From Eledone cirrhosa (taxonomy: Eukaryota), in the NCBI GenBank assembly GCA_964016885.1, contig OZ024742.1:11284001-11348000 (forward strand): a stretch of DNA of 64,000 nucleotides, in the 5' to 3' direction. Under the pieces are notes generated by a model, which was not told where the DNA came from, ran no database searches, and was given only the letters and a program-made list of their open reading frames with translations. This document shows, in pieces, positions 23,501-38,500 of this stretch (position 1 is the stretch's first letter; the number at the start of each line of letters is the position of its first letter). The position numbers and the translations under genes were made by a program.

Positions 23501-26500
23501 TAACGATTGCAGTGTGGTCACAGTGATGGTGATAAACAAGTCTGTAGAAAGATGACTATTGCAGTGTGGTTATAGTGATGGTGATAAACAAGTCTGTAGA
23601 AAGATGGCGATTGCAGTGTCGTCACAGTGATGGTGATAAACAAGTCTATAGAAAGATGGAGATTGCAGTGTGGTCACAGTGATGGTGATAAACAACAGTC
23701 TGTAGAAAGATGGCGATTGCAGTGTGGTCACAGAGATGGTGATAAACAACATTCTGTAGATAGATAACGATTGCAGTGTGGTCACAGTGATGGTGATAAA
23801 CAAGTCTGTAGAAAGATGGCGATCGCAGTGTGGTCTCAGTGATGGTGATAAAGAAGTCTGTAGAAAGATGGTGATTGCAGTGTGATCTCAGTGATGGTGA
23901 TAACAACAGTCGATAGAAGATCGCGATTGCAGTGTGGTCACAGTGATGGTGATAAACAACAGTCTGTAGAAAGATGACGATTGCAGTGTGGTCACAGTGA
24001 TGGTGATAAACAACAGTCTGTAGAAAGATGGCGATTGCAGAGTGGTCACAGTGATGGTCATAAACAACAGTCTGTAGAAAGATGGCGATTGCAGTGTGGT
24101 CACAGTGATGGTGATAAACAACTCTGTAGAAAGATGACGATTGCAGTGTGGTAACAATGATGGTGATAAACAACAGTCTGTAGAAAGCTGACTATTGCAG
24201 TGTGGTCACAGTGATGGTGATAAAAAACAGTCTGTAGAAAGATGACTATTGCAGTGTGGTCACAGTGATGGTGATAAACAACAGTCTGTAGAAAGATGAC
24301 GATTGCAGTGTGGTCACAGTGATGGTGATAAACAAGTCTGTAGAAAGATGACTATTGCAGTGTGGTCACAGTGATGGTGATAAACAAGTCTGTAGAAAGA
24401 TGACGAATGCAGTGTGGTCACATTGATGGTGATAAACAACAGTCTGTAGAAAGATAACTATTGCGGTGTGGTCACAGTGATGGTGATAAACAAGTCTGTA
24501 GAAAGATGACTATTGCAGAGTGGTCACAGTGATGGTGATAAACAAGTCTGTAGAGAGGTGACGATTGCAGTGTGGTCACAGTGATGGGGATAAACAACAG
24601 TCTGTAGAAAGATGACTATTGCAGTGTGGTCACAGTGATGGTGATAAACAACAGTCTGTAGAAAGATGACGATTGCAGTGTCGTCACAGTGATGGTGATA
24701 AACAACAGTCTGTAGAAAGATGACTATTGCAGTGTGGTCACAGTGATGGTGATAAACAACAGTCTGTAGAAAGATGATGATTGCAGTGTGGTCACAGTGA
24801 TGGTGATAAACAAGTCTGTAGAAAGATGAAGATTGCAGTGTGGTCACAGTGATGGTGATAAACAACAGTCTGTAGAAAGATGACGATTGCAGTGTGGTCA
24901 CAGTGATGGTGATAAACAATATAATGTAGAAAGATGACGATTGCAGTGTGGTCACAGTGATGGTGATAAACAAGTCTGTAGAAAGATGACGATTGCAGTG
25001 TGGTCACAGTGATGGTGATAAACAATAGAATGTAGAAAGATGACGATTGCAGTGTGGTCACAGTGATGGTGATAAACAAGTCTGTAGAAAGATGACGATT
25101 GCAGTGTGGTCACAGTGATGGTGATAAACAAGTATGTAGAAAGATGACGATTGCAGTGTGGTCACAGTGATGGTGATAAACAACAGTCTGTAGAAAGATG
25201 ACTATTGCAGTGTGGTCACAGTGATGGTGATAAACAACAGTCTGTAGAAAGATGACGATTGCAGTGTCGTCACAGTGATGGTGATAAACAATAGAATGTA
25301 GAAAGATGACGATTGCAGTGTGGTCACAGTGATGGTGATAAACAAGTCTGTAGAAAGATGACGATTGCAGTGTGGTCACAGTGATGGTGATAAACAACAG
25401 TCTGATGAAAGATGGCGATTGAAGTGTGGTCACAATGATGGTGATAAAAAACAGTCTGTAGAAATATGGCGATTGCAGTGTGGTCACAGTGATGGTGATA
25501 AACAAGTCTGTACAAAGATGGCGATTGCAGTGTGGTCACAGTGATGGTGATAAACAAGTATGTAGAAAGATGACCTTTGCAGTGTGGTCACAGTGATGGT
25601 GATAAACAACAGTCTGTAGAGAGATGGCGATTGCAGTGTGGTCACAGTGGTGGTGATAAACAAGTCTGTATAAAGATGGCGATTGCAGTGTGGTCACAGT
25701 GATAGTGATAAACAACATCTGTAGAAAAATGCCGATTGCAATGTGGTCACAGTGATGGGGATAAACAAGTCTGTAGAAAGATGGCGATTGCAGTGTCGTC
25801 ACAGTGATGGTGATAAACAAGTCTATAGAAAGATGGCGATTGCAGTGTTTTCACAGTGATGGTGATAAACAACATTCTGTAGATAGATAACGATTGCAGT
25901 GTGGTCACAGTGATGGTGATAAACAAGTCTGTAGAAAGATGGCGATTGCAGTGTGGTCTCAGTGATGGTGATAAACAACAGTCTGTAGAAGATGGCGATA
26001 GCAGTGTGGTCACAGTGATGGTGATAAACAACAGTCTGTAGAAAGATGAAGATTGCAGTGTGTTCACAGTAATGGTGATAAACAACAGTCTGTAGAAAGA
26101 TGGCGATTGCAGTGTGGTTACAGTGATGGTGATAAACAACAGTCTGTAGAAAGATGACGATTGCAGTGTGGTCACAGTGATGGTGATAAACAACAGTCTG
26201 TAGAAAGATGACTATTGCAGTGTGGTCACAGTGATGGTGATAAACAAGTCTGTAGAATGATGACTATTGCAGTGTGGTCACAGTGATGGTGATAAACAAC
26301 AGAATGTAGAAAGATGACTATTGCAGTGTGGTCACAGTGATGGTGATAAACAAGTCTGTAGAAAGATGACGATTGCGGTGTGGTCACAGTGATGGTGATA
26401 AACAAAGTCTGTAGAAAGATGGCGATTGCAGTGTGGTCACAGTGATCGTGATAAACAACAGTCTGTAGAAAGATGATGATTGCAGTGTGGTCATAGTGAT

Positions 26501-29500
26501 GGTGATAAACAACAGTCTGTAGAAAGATGGCGATTGCAGTGTGGTCACAGTGATGGTGATAAACAACAGTCTGTAGAAAGATGATGATTGCAGTGTGTTC
26601 ATAGTGATGGTGATAAACAACAGTCTGTAGAAAGATGGCGATTGCAGTGTAGTCACAATGATGGTGATAAACAACAGAATGTATAAAGATGACTATTGCA
26701 GTGTGGCCACAGTGATGGTGATAAACAACAGTCTGTAGAAAGATGACGATTGCAGTTTGGTCATAGTGATGGTGATTAACAACAGTCTGTAGAAAGATGA
26801 CGATTGCAGTGTGGTCACAGTGATAGTGATAAACAAGTCTGTAGAAAGATGACTATTGCAGTGTGGTCACAGTGATGGTGATAAACAAGTCTGTAGAAAG
26901 ATGACGATTGCAGTGTGGTCACAGTGATGGTGATAAACAAGTCTGTAGAAAGATGACGATTGCAGTGTGGTCACAGTGATGGTGATAAACAACAGTCTGT
27001 AGAAGGATGACGATTGCAGTGTGGTCACATTGATGGTGATAAACAACAGTCTGTAGAAAGATAACTATTGCTGTGTGGTCACAGTGATGGTGATAAACAA
27101 GTCTGTAGAAAGATGACTATTGCAGAGTGGTCACAGTGATGGTGATAAACAAGTCTGTAGAAAGGTGACGATTGCAGTGTGGTCACAGTGATGGGGATAA
27201 ACAACAGTCTGTAGAAAGATGACGATTGCAGTGTGGTCACAGTGATGGTAATAAACAACAGTCTGTAGAAAGCTGACTATTGCAGTGTCGTCACAGTGAT
27301 GGTGATAAACAACAGTCTGTAGAAAGATGACTATTGCAGTGTGGTCACAGTGATGGTGATAAACAACAGTCTGTAGAAAGATGACGATTGCAGTGTGGTC
27401 ACAGTGATGGTGATAAACAAGTCTGTAGAAAGATGATGATTGCAGTGTGGTCACAGTGATGGTGATAAACAACAGTCTGTAGAAAGATGACGATTGCTGT
27501 GTGGTCACAGTGATGGTGATAAACAACAGTCTGTAGAATGATGACGTTTGCAGTGTGGTCACAATGATGGTGATAAACAACAGTCTAACGAAAGATGACT
27601 ATTGCAGTGTGGTCACAGTGATGTTGATAAACAAGTCTGTAGAAAGATGACAATTGCAGTGTGGTCACAGTGATGGTGATAAACAACAGAATGTAGAAAG
27701 ATAACTATTGTTGTGTGGTCACAGTGATGGTGATAAACAAGTCTGTAGAAAGATGACGATTGCAGTGTGGTCACATTGATGGTGATAAACAACAGTCTGT
27801 AGAAAGATGGCGATTGCAGTGTGGTCACAGTGATGGTGATAAATAACAGAATGTAGAAAGATAACTATTGCTGTGTGGTCACAGTGATAGTGATAAACAA
27901 GTCTGTAGAAAGATGACTATTGCAGTGTGGTCATAGTGATGGTGATAAACAAGTCTGTAGAAAGATGACGATTGCAGTGTGGTCACAGTGATGGTGATAA
28001 ACAACAGTCTGTAGAAAGATGACGATTGCTGTGTGGTCACAGTGATGGTGATAAACAACAGTCTGTAGAATGATGACGTTTGCAGTGTGGTCACAGTGCT
28101 GGTGATAAACAACAGTCTAACGAAAGATGACTATTGCAGTGTGGTCACAGTGATGGTGATAAACAAGTCTGTAGAAAGATGACTATTGCAGTGTGGTCAC
28201 AGTGATGGTGATAAACAACAGTCTGTAGAAAGATGACGATTGCAGTGTGGTCACAGTGATGGTGATAAACAACAGTCTGTAGAAAGATGACTATTGCAGT
28301 GTGGTCACAGTGATGGTGATAAACAACAGTCTGATGAAAGATGGCGATTGCAGTTTGGTCACAATGATGGTGATAAACAACAGTCTGATGAAAGATGGCG
28401 ATTGCAGTGTGGTCACAATGATGGTGATAAAAAACAGTCTGTAGAAAGATGGCGATTGCAGTGTGGTCACAGTGATGGTGATAAACAAGTCTGTAGAAAG
28501 ATGACGATTGCAGTGTGGTCACAGTGATGGTGATAAACAAAGTCTGTAGAAAGATGGCGATTGCAGTGTGGTCACAGTGATCGTGATAAACAACAGTCTG
28601 TAGAAAGAGTGCGATTGCAGTGTGGTCACAGTGATGCTGATAAACAACAGTCTGTAGAAAGATGATGATTGCAGTGTGTTCATAGTGATGGTGATAAACA
28701 ACAGTCTGTAGAAAGATGGCGATTGCAGTGTAGTCACAATGATGGTGATAAACAACAGAATGTATAAAGATGACTATTGCAGTGTGGCCACAGTTATGGT
28801 GATAAACAAGTCTGTAGAAAGATGGCGATTGCAGTGTGGTCACAGTGATGGTGATAAACAAGTCTGTAGAAAGATGACTATTGCAGTGTGGTCACAGTGA
28901 TGGTGATAAACAAGTCTGTAGAAAGATGACGATTGCAGTGTGGTCACATTGATGGTGATAAACAACAGTCTGTAGAAAGATAACTATTGCTGTGTGGTCA
29001 CAGTGATGGTGATAAAGAAGTCTGTAGAAAGATGACTATTGCAGAGTGGTCACAGTGATGGTGATAAACAATAGAATGTAGAAAGATGACGATTGCAGTG
29101 TGGTCACAGTGATGGTGATAAACAAGTCTGTAGAAAGATGACGATTGCAGTGTGGTCACAGTGATGGTGGTAAACAATAGAATGTAGAAAGATGACGATT
29201 GCAGTGTGGTCACAGTGATGGTGATAAACAAGTCTGTAGAAAGATGACGATTGCAGTGTGGTCACAGTGATGGTGATAAACAAGTATGTAGAAAGATGAC
29301 GATTGCAGTGTGGTCACAGTGATGGTGATAAACAACAGTCTGATGAAAGATGGCGATTGCAGTGTGGTCACAATGATGGTGATAAAAAACAGTCTGTAGA
29401 AATATGGCGATTGCAGTGTGGTGACAGTGATGGTGATAAACAAGTCTGTACAAAGATGGCGATTGCAGTGTGGTCACAGTGATGGTGATGAACAAGTATG

Positions 29501-32500
29501 TAGAAAGATGACCTTTGCAGTGTGGTCACAGTGATGGTGATAAACAACAGTCTGTAGAAGGATGACGATTGCAGTGTGGTCACAGTGATGGTGATAAACA
29601 ACAGTCTGTAGAGAGATGGCGATTGCAGTGTGGTCACAGTGGTGGTGATAAACAAGTCTGTAGAAAGATGGCGATTGCAGTGTGGTCACACTGATAGTGA
29701 TAAACAACATCTGTAGAAAAATGCCGATTGCAGTGTGGTCACAGTGATGGGGATAAACAAGTCTGTAGAAAGATGGCGATTGCAGTGTCGTCACAGTGAT
29801 GGTGATAAACAAGTCTATAGAAAGATGGCGATTGCAGTGTTTTCACAGTGATGGTGATAAACAACATTCTGTAGATAGATAACGATTGCAGTGTGGTCAC
29901 AGTGATGGTGATAAACAAGTCTGTAGAAAGATGGCGATTGCAGTGTGGTCTCAGTGATGGTGATAAACAACAGTCTGTAGAAGATGGCGATTGCAGTGTG
30001 GTCACAGTGATGGTGATAAACAACAGTCTGTAGAAAGATGAAGATTGCAGTGTGTTCACAGTAATGGTGATAAACAACAGTCTGTAGATAGATGACGATT
30101 GCAGTGTGGTTACAGTGATGGTGATAAACAACAGTCTGTAGAAAGATGACGATTGCAGTGTGGTCACAGTGATGGTGATAAACAAGTCTGTAGAAAGATG
30201 ACGATTGCAGTGTGGTCACAGTGATGGTGATAAACAAGTATGTAGAAAGATGACGATTGCAGTGTGGTCACAGTGATGGGGATAAACAACAGTCTGTAGA
30301 AAGATGACTATTGCAGTGTGGTCACAGTGATGGTGATAAACAACAGTCTGTAGAAAGATGACGATTGCAGTGTCGTCACAGTGATGGTGATAAACAATAG
30401 AATGTAGAAAGATGACGATTGCAGTGTGGTCACAGTGATGGTGATAAACAAGTCTGTAGAAAGATGACGATTGCAGTGTGGTCACAGTGATGGTGATAAA
30501 CAATAGAATGTAGAAAGATGACGATTGCAGTGTGGTCACAGTGATGGTGATAAACAAGTCTGTAGAAAGATGACGATTGCAGTGTGGTCACAGTGATGGT
30601 GATAAACAACAGTCTGATGAAAGATGGCGATTGCAGTGTGGTCACAATGATGGTGATAAAAAACAGTCTGTAGAAATATGGCGATTGCAGTGTGGTCACA
30701 GTGATGGTGATAAACAAGTCTGTACAAAGATGGCGATTGCAGTGTGGTCACAGTGATGGTGATAAACAAGTATGTAGAAAGATGACCTTTGCAGTGTGGT
30801 CACAGTGATGGTGATAAACAACAGTCTGTAGAAGGATGACGATTGCAGTGTGGTCACAGTGATGGTGATAAACAACAGTCTGTAGAGAGATGGCGATTGC
30901 AATGTGGTCACAGTGGTGGTGATAAACAAGTCTGTAGAAAGATGGCGATTGCAGTGTGGTCACAGTGATAGTGATAAACAACATCTGTAGAAAAATGCCG
31001 ATTGCAGTGTGGTCACAGTGATGGGGATAAACAAGTCTGTAGAAAGATGGCGATTGCAGTGTCGTCACAGTGATGGTGATAAACAAGTCTATAGAAAGAT
31101 GGCGATTGCAGTGTTTTCACAGTGATGGTGATAAACAACATTCTGTAGATAGATAACGATTGCAGTGTGGTCACAGTGATGGTGATAAACAAGTCTGTAG
31201 AAAGATGGCGATTGCAGTGTGGTCTCAGTGATGGTGATAAACAACAGTCTGTAGAAGATGGCGATTGCAGTGTGGTCACAGTGATGGTGATAAACAACAG
31301 TCTGTAGAAAGATGAAGATTGCAGTGTGTTCACAGTAATGGTGATAAACAACAGTCTGTAGATAGATGACGATTGCAGTGTGGTTACAGTGATGGTGATA
31401 AACAACAGTCTGTAGAAAGATGACGATTGCAGTGTGGTCACAGTGATGGTGATAAACAACAGTCTGTAGAAAGATGACTATTGCAGTGTGGTCACAGTGA
31501 TGGTGATAAACAAGTCTGTAGAATGATGACTATTGCAGTGTGGTCACAGTGATGGTGATAAACAACAGAATGTAGAAAGATGACTATTGCAGTGTGGCCA
31601 CAGTGATGGTGATAAACAAGTCTGTAGAAAGATGACGATTGCAGTGTGGTCACAGTGATGGTGATAAACAAAGTCTGTAGAAAGATGGCGATTGCAGTGT
31701 GGTCACAGTGATCGTGATAAACAACAGTCTGTAGAAAGATGATGATTGCAGTGTGGTCATAGTGATGGTGATAAACAACAGTCTGTAGAAAGATGGCGAT
31801 TGCAGTGTGGTCACAGTGATGGTGATAAACAACAGTCTGTAGAAAGATGATGATTGCAGTGTGTTCATAGTGATGGTGATAAACAACAGTCTGTAGAAAG
31901 ATGGCGATTGCAGTGTAGTCACAATGATGGTGATAAACAACAGAATGTATAAAGATGACTATTGCAGTGTGGCCACAGTGATGGTGATAAACAACAGTCT
32001 GATGAAAGATGGCGATTGCAGTGTGGTCACAATGATGGTGATAAAAAACAGTCTGTAGAAAGATGGCGATTGCAGTGTGGTCACAGTGATGGTGATAAAC
32101 AAGTCTGTAGAAAGATGACGATTGCAGTGTGGTCACAGTGATGGTGATAAACAAAGTCTGTAGAAAGATGGCGATTGCAGTGTGGTCACAGTGATCGTGA
32201 TAAACAACAGTCTGTAGAAAAAGTGCGATTGCAGTGTGGTCACAGTGATGCTGATAAACAACAGTCTGTAGAAAGATGATGATTGCAGTGTGTTCATAGT
32301 GATGGTGATAAACAACAGTCTGTAGAAAGATGGCGATTGCAGTGTAGTCACAATGATGGTGATAAACAACAGAATGTATAAAGATGACTATTGCAGTGTG
32401 GCCACAGTTATGGTGATAAACAAGTCTGTAGAAAGATGGCGATTGCAGTGTGGTCACAGTGATGGTGATAAACAAGTCTGTAGAAAGATGACTATTGCAG

Positions 32501-35500
32501 TGTGGTCACAGTGATGGTGATAAACAAGTCTGTAGAAAGATGACGATTGCCGTGTGGTCACATTGATGGTGATAAACAACAGTCTGTAGAAAGATAACTA
32601 TTGCTGTGTGGTCACAGTGATGGTGATAAACAAGTCTGTAGAAAGATGACTATTGCAGAGTGGTCACAGTGATGGTGATAAACAATAGAATGTAGAAAGA
32701 TGACGATTGCAGTGTGGTCACAGTGATGGTGATAAACAATAGAATGTAGAAAGATGACGATTGCAGTGTGGCCACAGTTATGGTGATAAACAAGTCTGTA
32801 GAAAGATGGCGATTGCAGTGTGGTCACAGTGATGGTGATAAACAAGTCTGTAGAAAGATGACGATTGCAGTGTGGTCACAGTGATGGTGATAAACAAGTA
32901 TGTAGAAAGATGACGATTGCAGTGTGGTCACAGTGATGGGGATAAACAACAGTCTGTAGAAAGATGACTATTGCAGTGTGGTCACAGTGATGGTGATAAA
33001 CAACAGTCTGTAGAAAGATGACGATTGCAGTGTCGTCACAGTGATGGTGATAAACAATAGAATGTAGAAAGATGACGATTGTAGTGTGGTCACAGTGATG
33101 GTGATAAACAAGTCTGTAGAAAGATGACGATTGCAGTGTGGTCACAGTGATGGTGATAAACAATAGAATGTAGAAAGATGACGATTGCAGTGTGGTCACA
33201 GTGATGGTGATAAACAAGTCTGTAGAAAGACAACGATTGCAGTGTGGTCACAGTGATGGTGGTAAACAATAGAATGTAGAAAGATGACGATTGCAGTGTG
33301 GTCACAGTGATGGTGATAAACAAGTCTGTAGAAAGATGACGATTGCAGTGTGGTCACAGTGATGGTGATAAACAAGTATGTAGAAAGATGACGATTGCAG
33401 TGTGGTCACAGTGATGGTGATAAACAACAGTCTGATGAAAGATGGCGATTGCAGTGTGGTCACAATGATGGTGATAAAAAACAGTCTGTAGAAATATGGC
33501 GATTGCAGTGTGGTCACAGTGATGGTGATAAACAAGTCTGTACAAAGATGGCGATTGCAGTGTGGTCACAGTGATGCTGATGAACAAGTATGTAGAAAGA
33601 TGACCTTTGCAGTGTGGTCACAGTGATGGTGATAAACAACAGTCTGTAGAAGGATGACGATTGCAGTGTGGTCACAGTGATGGTGATAAACAACAGTCTG
33701 TAGAGAGATGGCGATTGCAGTGTGGTCACAGTGGTGGTGATAAACAAGTCTGTAGAAAGATGGCGATTGCAGTGTGGTCACAGTGATAGTGATAAACAAC
33801 ATCTGTGGAAAAATGCCGATTGCAGTGTGGTCACAGTGATGGGGATAAACAAGTCTGTAGAAAGATGGCGATTGCAGTGTCGTCACAGTGATGGTGATAA
33901 ACAAGTCTATAGAAAGATGGCGATTGCAGTGTTTTCACAGTGATGGTGATAAACAACATTCTGTAGATAGATAACGATTGCAGTGTGGTCACAGTGATGG
34001 TGATAAACAAGTCTGTAGAAAGATGGCGATTGCAGTGTGGTCTCAGTGATGGTGATAAACAACAGTCTGTAGAAGATGGCGATTGCAGTGTGGTCACAGT
34101 GATGGTGATAAACAACAGTCTGTAGAAAGATGACGATTGCAGTGTGGTCACAGTGATGGTGATAAACAACAGTCTGTAGAAGATGGCGATTGCAGTGTAG
34201 TCACAGTGATGGTGATAAACAACAGTCTGCAGAAAGATGAAGATTGCAGTGTGTTCACAGTAATGGTGATAAACAACAGTCTGTAGAAAATGGCGATTGC
34301 AGTGTGGTTACAGTGATGGTGATAAACAACAGTCTGTAGAAAGATGACGATTGCAGTGTGGTCACAGTGATGGTGATAAACAACAGTCTGTAGAAAGATG
34401 ACTATTGCAGTGTGGTCACAGTGATGGTGATAAACAAGTCTGTAGAATGATGACTATTGCAGTGTGGTCACAGTGATGGTGATAAACAACAGAATGTAGA
34501 AAGATGACTATTGCAGTGTGGTCACAGTGATGGTGATAAACAAGTCTGTAGAAAGATGACGATTGCAGTGTGGTCACAGTGATGGTGATAAACAAAGTCT
34601 GTAGAAAGATGGCGATTGCAGTGTGGTCACAGTGATCGTGATAAACAACAGTCTGTAGAAGGATGATGATTGCAGTGTGGTCATAGTGATGGTGATAAAC
34701 AACAGTCTGTAGAAAGATGGCGATTGCAGTGTAGTCACAATGATGGTGATAAACAACAGAATGTATAAAGATGACTATTGCAGTGTGGCCACAGTTATGG
34801 TGATAAACAAGTCTGTAGAAAGATGGCGATTGCAGTGTGGTCACAGTGATGGTGATAAACAAGTCTGTAGAAAGATGACTATTGCAGTGTGGTCACAGTG
34901 ATGGTGATAAACAAGTCTGTAGAAAGATGACGATTGCAGTGTGATCACATTGATGGTGATAAACAACAGTCTGTAGAAAGATGACTATTGCAGTGTGGTC
35001 ACAGTGATGGTGATAAACAAGTCTGTAGAAAGATGACGATTGCAGTGTGATCACATTGATGGTGATAAACAACAGTCTGTAGAAAGATGACTATTGCAGA
35101 GTGGTCACAGTGATGGTGATAGCAATAGAATGTAGAAAGATGACGATTGCAGTGTGGTCACAGTGATGGTGATAAACAAGTCTGTAGAAAAATGACGATT
35201 GCAGTGTGGTCACAGTGATGGTGATAAACAATAGAATGTAGAAAGATGACGATTGCAGTGTGGTCACAGTGATGGTGATAAACAAGTCTGTAGAAAGATG
35301 ACGATTGCAGTGTGGTCACAGTGATGGTGATAAACAAGTATGTAGAAAGATGACGATTGCAGTGTGGTCACAGTGATGGGGATAAACAACAGTCTGTAGA
35401 AAGATGACTATTGCAGTGTGGTCACAGTGATGGTGATAAACAACAGTCTGTAGAAAGATGACGATTGCAGTGTCGTCACAGTGATGGTGATAAACAATAG

Positions 35501-38500
35501 AATGTAGAAAGATGACGATTGCAGTGTGGTCACAGTGATGGTGATAAACAATAGAATGTAGAAAGATGACGATTGCAGTGTGGTCACAGTGATGGTGATA
35601 AACAAGTCTGTAGAAAGATGACGATTGCAGTGTGGTCACAGTGATGGTGATAAACAACAGTCTGATGAAAGATGGCGATTACGGTGTGGTCACAATGATG
35701 GTGATAAAAAACAGTCTGTAGAAATATGGCGATTGCAGTGTGGTCACAGTGATGGTGATAAACAAGTCTGTACAAAGATGGCGATTGCAGTGTGGTCACA
35801 GTGATGGTGATAAACAAGTATGTAGAAAGATGGCCTTTGCAGTGTGGTCACAGTGATGGTGATAAACCACAGTCTGTAGAAGGATGACGATTGCAGTGTG
35901 GTCACAGTGATGGTGATAAACAACAGTCTGTAGAGAGATGGCGATTGCAGTGTGGTCACAGTGGTGGTGATAAACAAGTCTGTAGAAAGATGGCGATTGC
36001 AGTGTGGTCACAGTGATAGTGATAAACAACATCTTTAGAAAAGTGCCGATTGCAGTGTGGTCACAGTGATGGGGATAAACAAGTCTGTAGAAAGATGGCG
36101 ATTGCAGTGTCGTCACAGTGATGGTGATAAACAAGTCTATAGAAAGATGGCGATTGCAGTGTTTTCACAGTGATGGTGATAAACAACATTCTGTAGATAG
36201 ATAACGATTGCAGTGTGGTCACAGTGATGGTGATAAACAAGTCTGTAGAAAGATGGCGATTGCAGTGTGGTCTCAGTGATGGTGATAAACAACAGTCTGT
36301 AGAAGATGGCGATTGCAGTGTGGTCACAGTGATGGTGATAAACAACAGTCTGTAGAAAGATGAAGATTGCAGTGTGTTCACAGTAATGGTGATAAACAAC
36401 AGTCTGTAGAAAGATGGCGATTGCAGTGTGGTTACAGTGATGGTGATAAACAACAGTCTGTAGAAAGATGACGATTGCAGTGTGGTCACAGTGATGGTGA
36501 TAAACAACAGTCTGTAGAAAGATGACTATTGCAGTGTGGTCACAGTGATGGTGATAAACAAGTCTGTAGAATGATGACTATTGCAGTGTGGTCACAGTGA
36601 TGGTGATAAACAACAGAATGTAGAAAGATGACTATTGCAGTGTGGCCACAGTGATGGTGATAAACAAGTCTGTAGAAAGATGACAATTGCAGTGTGGTCA
36701 CAGTGATGGTGATAAACAAAGTCTGTAGAAAGATGGCGATTGCAGTGTGGTCACAGTGATCGTGATAAACAACAGTCTGTATAAAGATGATGATTGCAGT
36801 GTGGTCATAGTGATGGTGATAAACAACAGTCTGTAGAAAGATGGCGATTGCAGTGTGGTCACAGTGATGGTGATAAACAACAGTCTGTAGAAAGATGATG
36901 ATTGCAGTGTGTTCATAGTGATGGTGATAAACAACAGTCTGTAGAAAGATGGCGATTGCAGTGTAGTCACAATGATGGTGATAAACAACAGAATGTATAA
37001 AGATGACTATTGCAGTGTGGCCACAGTGATGGTGATAAACAACAGTCTGATGAAAGATGGCGATTGCAGTGTGGTCACAATGATGGTGATAAAAAACAGT
37101 CTGTAGAAAGATGGCGATTGCAGTGTGGTCACAGTGATGGTGATAAACAAGTCTGTAGAAAGATGACGATTGCAGTGTGGTCACAGTGATGGTGATAAAC
37201 AAAGTCTGTAGAAAGATGGCGATTGCAGTGTGGTCACAGTGATCGTGATAAACAACAGTCTGTAGAAATAGTGCGATTGCAGTGTGGTCACAGTGATGCT
37301 GATAAACAACAGTCTGTAGAAAGATGATAATTGCAGTGTGTTCATAGTGATGGTGATAAACAACAGTCTGTAGAAAGATGGCGATTGCAGTGTAGTCACA
37401 ATGATGGTGATAAACAACAGAATGTATAAAGCTGACTATTGCAGTGTGGCCACAGTTATTGTGATAAACAAGTCTGTAGAAAGATGGCGATTGCAGTGTG
37501 GTCACAGTGATGGTGATAAACAAGTCTGTAGAAAGATGACTATTGCAGTGTGGTCACAGTGATGGTGATAAACAAGTCTGTAGAAAGATGACGATTGCAG
37601 TGTGGTCACATTGATGGTGATAAACAACAGTCTGTAGAAAGATAACTATTGCTGTGTGGTCACAGTGATGGTGATAAACAAGTCTGTAGAAAGATGACTA
37701 TTGCAGAGTGGTCACAGTGATGGTGATAAACAATAGAATGTAGAAAGATGACGATTGCAGTGTGGTCACAGTGATGGTGATAAACAATAGAATGTAGAAA
37801 GATGACGATTGCAGTGTGGTCACAGTGATGGTGATAAACAAGTCTGTAGTAAGATGACGATTGCAGTGTGGTCACAGTGATGGTGATAAACAAGTATGTA
37901 GAAAGATGACGATTGCAGTGTGGTCACAGTGATGGGGATAAACAACAGTCTGTAGAAAGATGACTATTGCAGTGTGGTCACAGTGATGGTGATAAACAAC
38001 AGTCTGTAGAAAGATGACGATTGCAGTGTCGTCACAGTGATGGTGATAAACAATAGAATGTAGAAAGATGACGATTGCAGTGTGGTCACAGTGATGGTGA
38101 TAAACAAGTCTGTAGAAAAATGACGATTGCAGTGTGGTCACAGTGATGGTGATAAACAATAGAATGTAGAAAGATGACGATTGCAGTGTGGTCACAGTGA
38201 TGGTGATAAACAAGTCTGTAGAAAGATGACGATTGCAGTGTGGTCACAGTGATGGTGATAAACAAGTATGTAGAAAGATGACGATTGCAGTGTGGTCACA
38301 GTGATGGGGATAAACAACAGTCTGTAGAAAGATGACTATTGCAGTGTGGTCACAGTGATGGTGATAAACAACAGTCTGTAGAAAGATGACGAATGCAGTG
38401 TCGTCACAGTGATGGTGATAAACAATAGAATGTAGAAAGATGACGATTGCAGTGTGGTCACAGTGATGGTGATAAACAAGTCTGTAGAAAGATGACGATT

